Below, one piece after another: positions 60,582-64,000 of a stretch of DNA of 64,000 nt (its first letter is position 1; each line of letters opens with the position of its first letter). The DNA comes from Chrysemys picta bellii. Lineage: Eukaryota. The notes under the pieces were generated by a model, which did not search any database, was not told where the DNA came from, and saw only the letters and a program-made list of their open reading frames with translations. The stretch lies in NCBI RefSeq assembly GCF_011386835.1, contig NC_088791.1:88846001-88910000 (forward strand), written 5' to 3'. The translations under genes were made by a program, and so were the position numbers.

Positions 60582-62632
60582 ATGTTACACATCCTCTCCC
60601 TGCTGCTTATCCTAGCCCTGAAGGGACTGTCTACAGATGAAGGTAAATGTTATTTAGAGATTATTCTTTTATTTCCCCCCTCCCTGTTATCTAATTATTT
60701 TAGTGGGAAGCAGGGCCGGCTCCAGGGTTTTGGCCGCCCCAAGCAGCCAAAACCAAAAAAAAAAAAAAAAAAAGCCGCGGCAGCGATCGTGATCGCGATC
60801 TGCGGCGGCAATTCGGCGAGAGGTCCTTCACTCCGAGCCGGAGTGAGGGACCGTCCGCCGAATTGCCGCCGAATACCTGGACCTGCCACCCCTCTCCCGA
60901 CCGGCCGCCCCAAGCACCTGCTTGAGAAGCTGGTGCCTGGAGCCGGCCCTGGTGGGAAGGATTCCTATAAGCAGGCCAAGTCCACCACTACCAGACACAG
61001 CTACAGAACCATGTTGCTGTACCCTCTTACATGCCATCTGTTTTCTCTGATATCATTGACAGTCTTGATCATGATCCTGCAAGACGCTCTGAGCTCCCAA
61101 ATGCAGACAATGGGATGCACTCCCCTATCCCAAGATCTTCTAGCTAAAATGTTTCCCTGAAAAGAATTTTACAATATTGTCAGCTATTCTTTCAGCTTGT
61201 ATCTGGGAAAGTGCTCCCATAAGAATTTCTCTGCCAGTGCAAACAGGGTTTGTCATTCAAAACTTTAAGCTCACCTGCAGTAAGACAGGATATTCCTGAT
61301 TATTTTCTGCAGTCCCGGAAGTGGTACTTGAAGGTGTAGCATCCCAGTCCAGCATCTATGACAAATACGGAAACCCTGGCAATGCCATTGATGGGTCCCC
61401 GTCCAGTGATTACCTGAGAGGAAAATGTAGTCACACGGACTTAGATATTAATCCATGGTGGACACTGGATTTGAGAGCGAGGGTTCAAGTGTTCAGAGTA
61501 AAGATCACCAATCGAGGAGACTGTTGTGAAGAGCGGCTAAACGGGGCTGAAATCCGAATTGGGAGCTCGCCGGAGAGAGGTGGCAGAACGAATCCCAGGT
61601 AATATGCTCTGATGGTCTGAATGAAAGTGCTTGAGCGCATAGAAGGAAATGGAGTGGAAGTGATTAGAACAGATCTCAAATGGTTTTGTTGTTCATAATG
61701 GTTTTAACTAAGCTATGCTCAGTTCCCATTGACCAGTACAACTGCCTGTGTTCATACCGTGTGTGTGTGTGTTTAACATGCTTTAAAATGGTTTCTATCA
61801 AGTATGATGTGTAATTGGGGTTTTAGAGGCTACAAACAATTTCCTCACCTCTCCTGCTAGTAATTGCATGATCAACTTTTTGCTCTCTTAAGACCCTTGA
61901 TGCAGCACAAACCCCAGCATTCATGCCGAGTCCTGCATGGTACTATTGTGTGTGAGCACACAGGTCCAAACTAGTAGCTCCTGAATCAAGATTGGGCCTT
62001 TAATTAGACTTTCACAGTTTCTTTCTCAGAATTGCTTTCCCATGGGACATTGATGTAATGAATTTACAGGATTGATTTAAAGAAAGCTGTTGTTTAAAAT
62101 GATTCAGCATCAGATTCTGCCACTCTTATGAGTGTTTCCTGGAAACTCCTTGAGGAGTGAGGTACTACCCAATGTGAGTAAAGGTGGCAGAATTTGGCCC
62201 TAAAGATCCTCATGCCAAACTTGTAGAATCAACCTTATCTCTAGCACTACTACAGCCGACACTAGAGTAAATAGTCTGCTTGTGTTGTTCTGCCTTAATA
62301 GTAATTCATTGTTTAACAAATAACTGAGGAAAAATAGGATGATGATTACATTTATTTGCTGAATTATGGGGCCAGTTTGTATTTTTCATTCCCCCCCCCC
62401 CCCGGTGATCTGAGCTCTTGTTGTTGTCAAAGTATAATAATAATGGCTATTAATCTGCTTCATTTCCAGATGTGCCCATATTGACTCCATGGGCCGTGGG
62501 GAAACACGCTCATTTGACTGTGAAGGAATGCAAGGGCAGTATGTGACTGTGACCATCCCAGGCACAGAAAAATACCTCACGTTGTGTGAAGTCCAAGTGT
62601 TTGGTCTACCAGTAAATTCTTCTGGTAAGTAG
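60582..62632 (+). CDS. Secreted single-domain F-type lectin (fucolectin-like), join(60582..60642, 61313..61598, 62470..62632), ~169 aa
   Basis: Signal exon MLHILSLLLILALKGLSTDE|(phase 1). Domain exon has AIDGS (Ca site), CSHT...NPWW and ITNRGDCCEERL, an exact H-x26-R-x-D-x4-R fucose motif. Last exon CAHI...CEGMQGQYVTVTIPG...LTLCEVQVFG. The 3' end is uncertain: either GK* at 62632 or splicing at G|GTAAGT (62624) to a later exon. Confidence 0.88.
60711..60951. mobile_element. hAT MITE in the fucolectin intron
   Basis: CAGGGCCGGCTCCAGG/CCTGGAGCCGGCCCTG; perfect TSD GTGGGAAG. Confidence 0.9.
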
Positions 62633-62978
62633 AGCATTGCCCCAGTGGAATGTATTGACTTGTATTCAGCTGCATGGCTCCCCTTGGCTGGAGAGAATCA
62701 GATCTACATAGAAGTGTGTACATGCACCACTGCTTTCTGATCAATGGAATTAAACATACTCAGGTGTGTGGTGTGCTGAAAAGGACACACCAGAAATGTG
62801 AGAAAGCTTTTTCTGCTGCAAAGAGAGTTCTGATGAGGTTTGTGAGTGAAGTCTTCAATTTGACAGTGACCACTGAGACGGTAAACAAAGTGTGAGATGC
62901 CTGGAACTGTGTAAAGATTGGCATGAATGTTGTCCTACATTTTTAAAGAACAGTTTGTGTCTGTCTTTGGCTTTCTCT

Positions 62979-63676
62979 GGCTGTGCCCATACTAGCACTT
63001 TTGTTAGTAAAACTTATGTCGCTTGGGGCTGTGAAAAAAACACACCCAGATGGACATACGCTACACTGACAGAAGCATAGGCACTGACTTCTGCTCGCGC
63101 TGGTGGGTGCTCGACCCGCCTCTGCTCCTGGCCCTGCCCCGACTTGACCCCTGTCCCGCCCCCATTCCAACCCTGTCCCCAAAGTCCCTGCCCCAATTCC
63201 GCCCCCTTCCTGCCCCTATTCCGACTCCTTCCCCCAATCTCCACTCTGGCCCTGCCTCTTCCCTGCCTCCTCCCCTGAGCGCTCCACGTTCCCACTCCTC
63301 CCCCATCCATCCCTCCCGGTGGCAAGTGCAGGGAGGTAGGTGGAGGAGCGGGGACGCGACGAGCTCAGGGGAGGAGACAGAGGAGGAGGTGAGGTGGGAT
63401 GGGGGCTGGGGAGGGGAGCTTGGCTGCCAGTGGGTGCAGAGCACCCATTAATTTCTCCCTTTGGGTGCTCCAGCCCCGGAGCACCCATGGAGTCGGTGCC
63501 TATGGACAGAAGCTCTCCCCCTGACATAGCTACCACCGCTCATTGGGGGTGGTTTCATTATGACAATGGGAGAGCTCTCTCCCGTCGGCTTAGAGCGGCT
63601 ACCTGGGAGACTTTACAGCGGCGCAACTGCATCATTACAGCTGTGCTGCTGTAAGGCCTCTAGTGTAGACATAGCC
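62979..63676. mobile_element. Harbinger-type MITE containing a nested hAT MITE
   Basis: GGCTGTGCCCATACTAG...CTAGTGTAGACATAGCC ends. Confidence 0.65.
63076..63504. mobile_element. hAT MITE (CATAGGCAC TIR)
   Basis: CATAGGCACTGACT/AGTCGGTGCCTATG; perfect 8-bp TSD GACAGAAG. Confidence 0.9.
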
Positions 63677-64000
63677 TCCGTTTCCTTCCATCTTTTTCCT
63701 TGGCTTCCCTTGTGTTCTGTGCCTTATGCTTGGGTTCTGGCTTTAGTGGCTGCTTCTGGGAATTTTTGTTTGTTTGTTTAATTTTCCTTCTCCGTTCTCA
63801 CATACTCATTTTAAAAAAACTCCAGTTCCTGAAAGACAGCAATTTATTACTTGATTTTTTTTCTGCTTCCCAGCTGTTGATGTTTACAGATGTCTACAGA
63901 TATCCTGAAACTGACTGTGCACAAAATACTGTCAAATACACAAAGGGCTTGCACTTACTCTCATTGGAGTCAGTGACAAAACCCTCCTGGACTTAGTGTA

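Noticed and set aside
60582-61160. 192-aa ORF in the ORF track
   Set aside because: Only the first 20 codons (signal exon) are credible; the rest reads through the intron and a MITE.
36504-62624. One tandem two-domain F-type lectin gene spanning 26 kb
   Set aside because: A separate signal-peptide exon at 60582-60642 in the correct phase favours two independent genes.

Overview
Vertebrate genomic DNA, very probably a turtle (inferred from the repeat families, not proven). 3.7-10.7 kb: a small replication-dependent histone cluster with intact H3.2, H2B and H1, mixed with decayed histone loci (a truncated H3 duplicate, an H2A relic facing H2B, an H2B relic, an orphan H4-type promoter element). 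~19 kb: a dead SCAN-domain exon. 36-63 kb: two F-type lectin (fucolectin) genes, one broken and one apparently intact. The rest is dense, often nested, repeat DNA: solo LTRs, CR1, Tx1, MIR/L2 fragments, and hAT and Harbinger MITEs. Three long PIF/Harbinger DNA transposons are present (E1 25564-30423, E2 45141-50242, E3 53219-57175); E1 has an intact transposase and an intact two-exon Myb/SANT gene. The main unexpected result is that all three carry a THIRD gene, antisense inside the intron of the Myb gene. It has a conserved split-start structure (ATG|GT...AG|phase-0 exon), shows synonymous divergence between families, and encodes a ~100-aa protein that looks like a stand-alone BEN domain. All coordinates were counted by hand and may be off by a few bases, more for old repeats.
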